DNA of 64,000 nucleotides, from contig NC_086097.1 in assembly GCF_963921235.1 (NCBI RefSeq), positions 202,246,001 through 202,310,000 of the forward strand. Direction: 5' to 3'. The stretch's first letter is position 1; the number at the start of each line of letters is the position of its first letter. Position numbers and translations under genes: made by a program. The notes below the pieces were generated by a model. The model did no database searches, had not been told where the DNA came from, and worked only from the letters and a program-made list of their open reading frames with translations. This document shows positions 62,976 to 64,000 of this stretch, in pieces. The stretch is from Mobula hypostoma. Its lineage: Eukaryota.

Positions 62976-64000
62976 CATTATTAAAGAGAAAAAACTCTTT
63001 TATCTGAGTTTCAATAAACTCAACAAAATATGAACTTTGTAACAAATGTTCTGGAAAACGCCAATGTAGTCTTGTAGAAACAACATCCTTCAAATCAAGT
63101 ATTAAATTTAAAGGAGCAGGATCAGAAATAACAATTGCATCATATTCACATTCCTGAACATTAAGTAAAAGTCGAGGGTCGGCTATAAAATAGTCGATTC
63201 TCAAATATTTATTATGAACATGTGAAAAAAAGGAATATTCTCTATCAGTAGGATGCATATATCTCCAGATTTCAATTAAACCATAATCAATTAAAAATGA
63301 ATTTGTAAGTGATGCAGAACGATTAAAGAGTTGATGTCTAGATGATGATTTATCTAATAAGGGATTTAAGCAAGTATTAAAATCTCCACCCGTTAATAAC
63401 ATATATTCATTTAAATCAGGTAATAGAGCGAAAATATCTTTAAAAAATCAAGGATCATCAGCATTTGGTCCATATATATTAACCAAAACTATTTTCTTAT
63501 TGTAAATTGTTCCTTTAACAATCAAAAATCTACCATTAATATCAGATATAATGTCCTCCTGATCAAAGGGAATATTAGAATCAATAAAAATGGAAACACC
63601 CCTAATTTTACTTTGAGAGTTTGCGTGAATCTGAGACTCCTTCCAAAATTTAAAAAAATCGATTGTTATCACATAACCTGACATGTGTCTCTTGTGCAAA
63701 GATTATATCAGGTTGGAATCGATTAATAATTTTAAATGTTTTCTTACGCTTAATAGGATGATTCCAACCACAGACATTCCAACTTAAAACATTTAACTGT
63801 TTAAATAACATCATGAAACTTTATATCTAAAGAAGACAATTAAATGCATGTCAGGATAAGGTAATTTTGAATGGCAGTGATAAGCAACAATGATAACAAT
63901 TTGTGTACGCTCCGGAATTCCATAATGGGAATAAAAAATAGAAATAAAAAAAGGAAAAAACCCACCCAACCTACAAAGCTCAGAAATAAGTCAATATTAA

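Larger units (their letters stand above)
55589..64000 (-). mobile_element. L1 #3 (ORF2 start at 63814; 62976-64000 plus 55589-56806), 3' part lost, split by L1 #2
   Basis: LSWNVCGWNHPIKRK, NIYGPN, GGDFN; FFLFNN|AGNISK continues across the insertion; RQGCPLSP. Confidence 0.9.

Overview
Eukaryotic (vertebrate) genomic DNA. The repeat repertoire suggests a cartilaginous fish, probably a ray; this is inference, not proof. The window is intergenic or intronic and mostly nested transposable elements. It holds three L1 LINEs (two full-length with TSDs, one inserted into the third), many Penelope-like elements (PLE) whose 3' repeats carry a minimal type I hammerhead ribozyme, an 11-kb chromodomain Gypsy element containing RTE, Rex1/Babar and SINE-like insertions, a second deleted Gypsy, a solo LTR, CR1 LINEs, V-SINE-like SINEs, hAT and Tc1 MITEs, and a class I endogenous retrovirus remnant (integrase, env, LTR). 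I recognise no intact host gene, and every TE protein-coding region is disrupted except L1 #1 ORF1, which may be truncated at its C-terminus. The most interesting signals are young hammerhead-bearing PLE mini-insertions with 13-14 bp TSDs (a near-perfect 202-bp palindrome, a tandem+inverted copy, and a template-jump chimera), the ERV remnant, and two short local inverted or templated duplications. I see no convincing wholly new system; the PLE ribozyme structures are the best candidate for under-described biology. Coordinates were counted by eye and may be off by a few bases.
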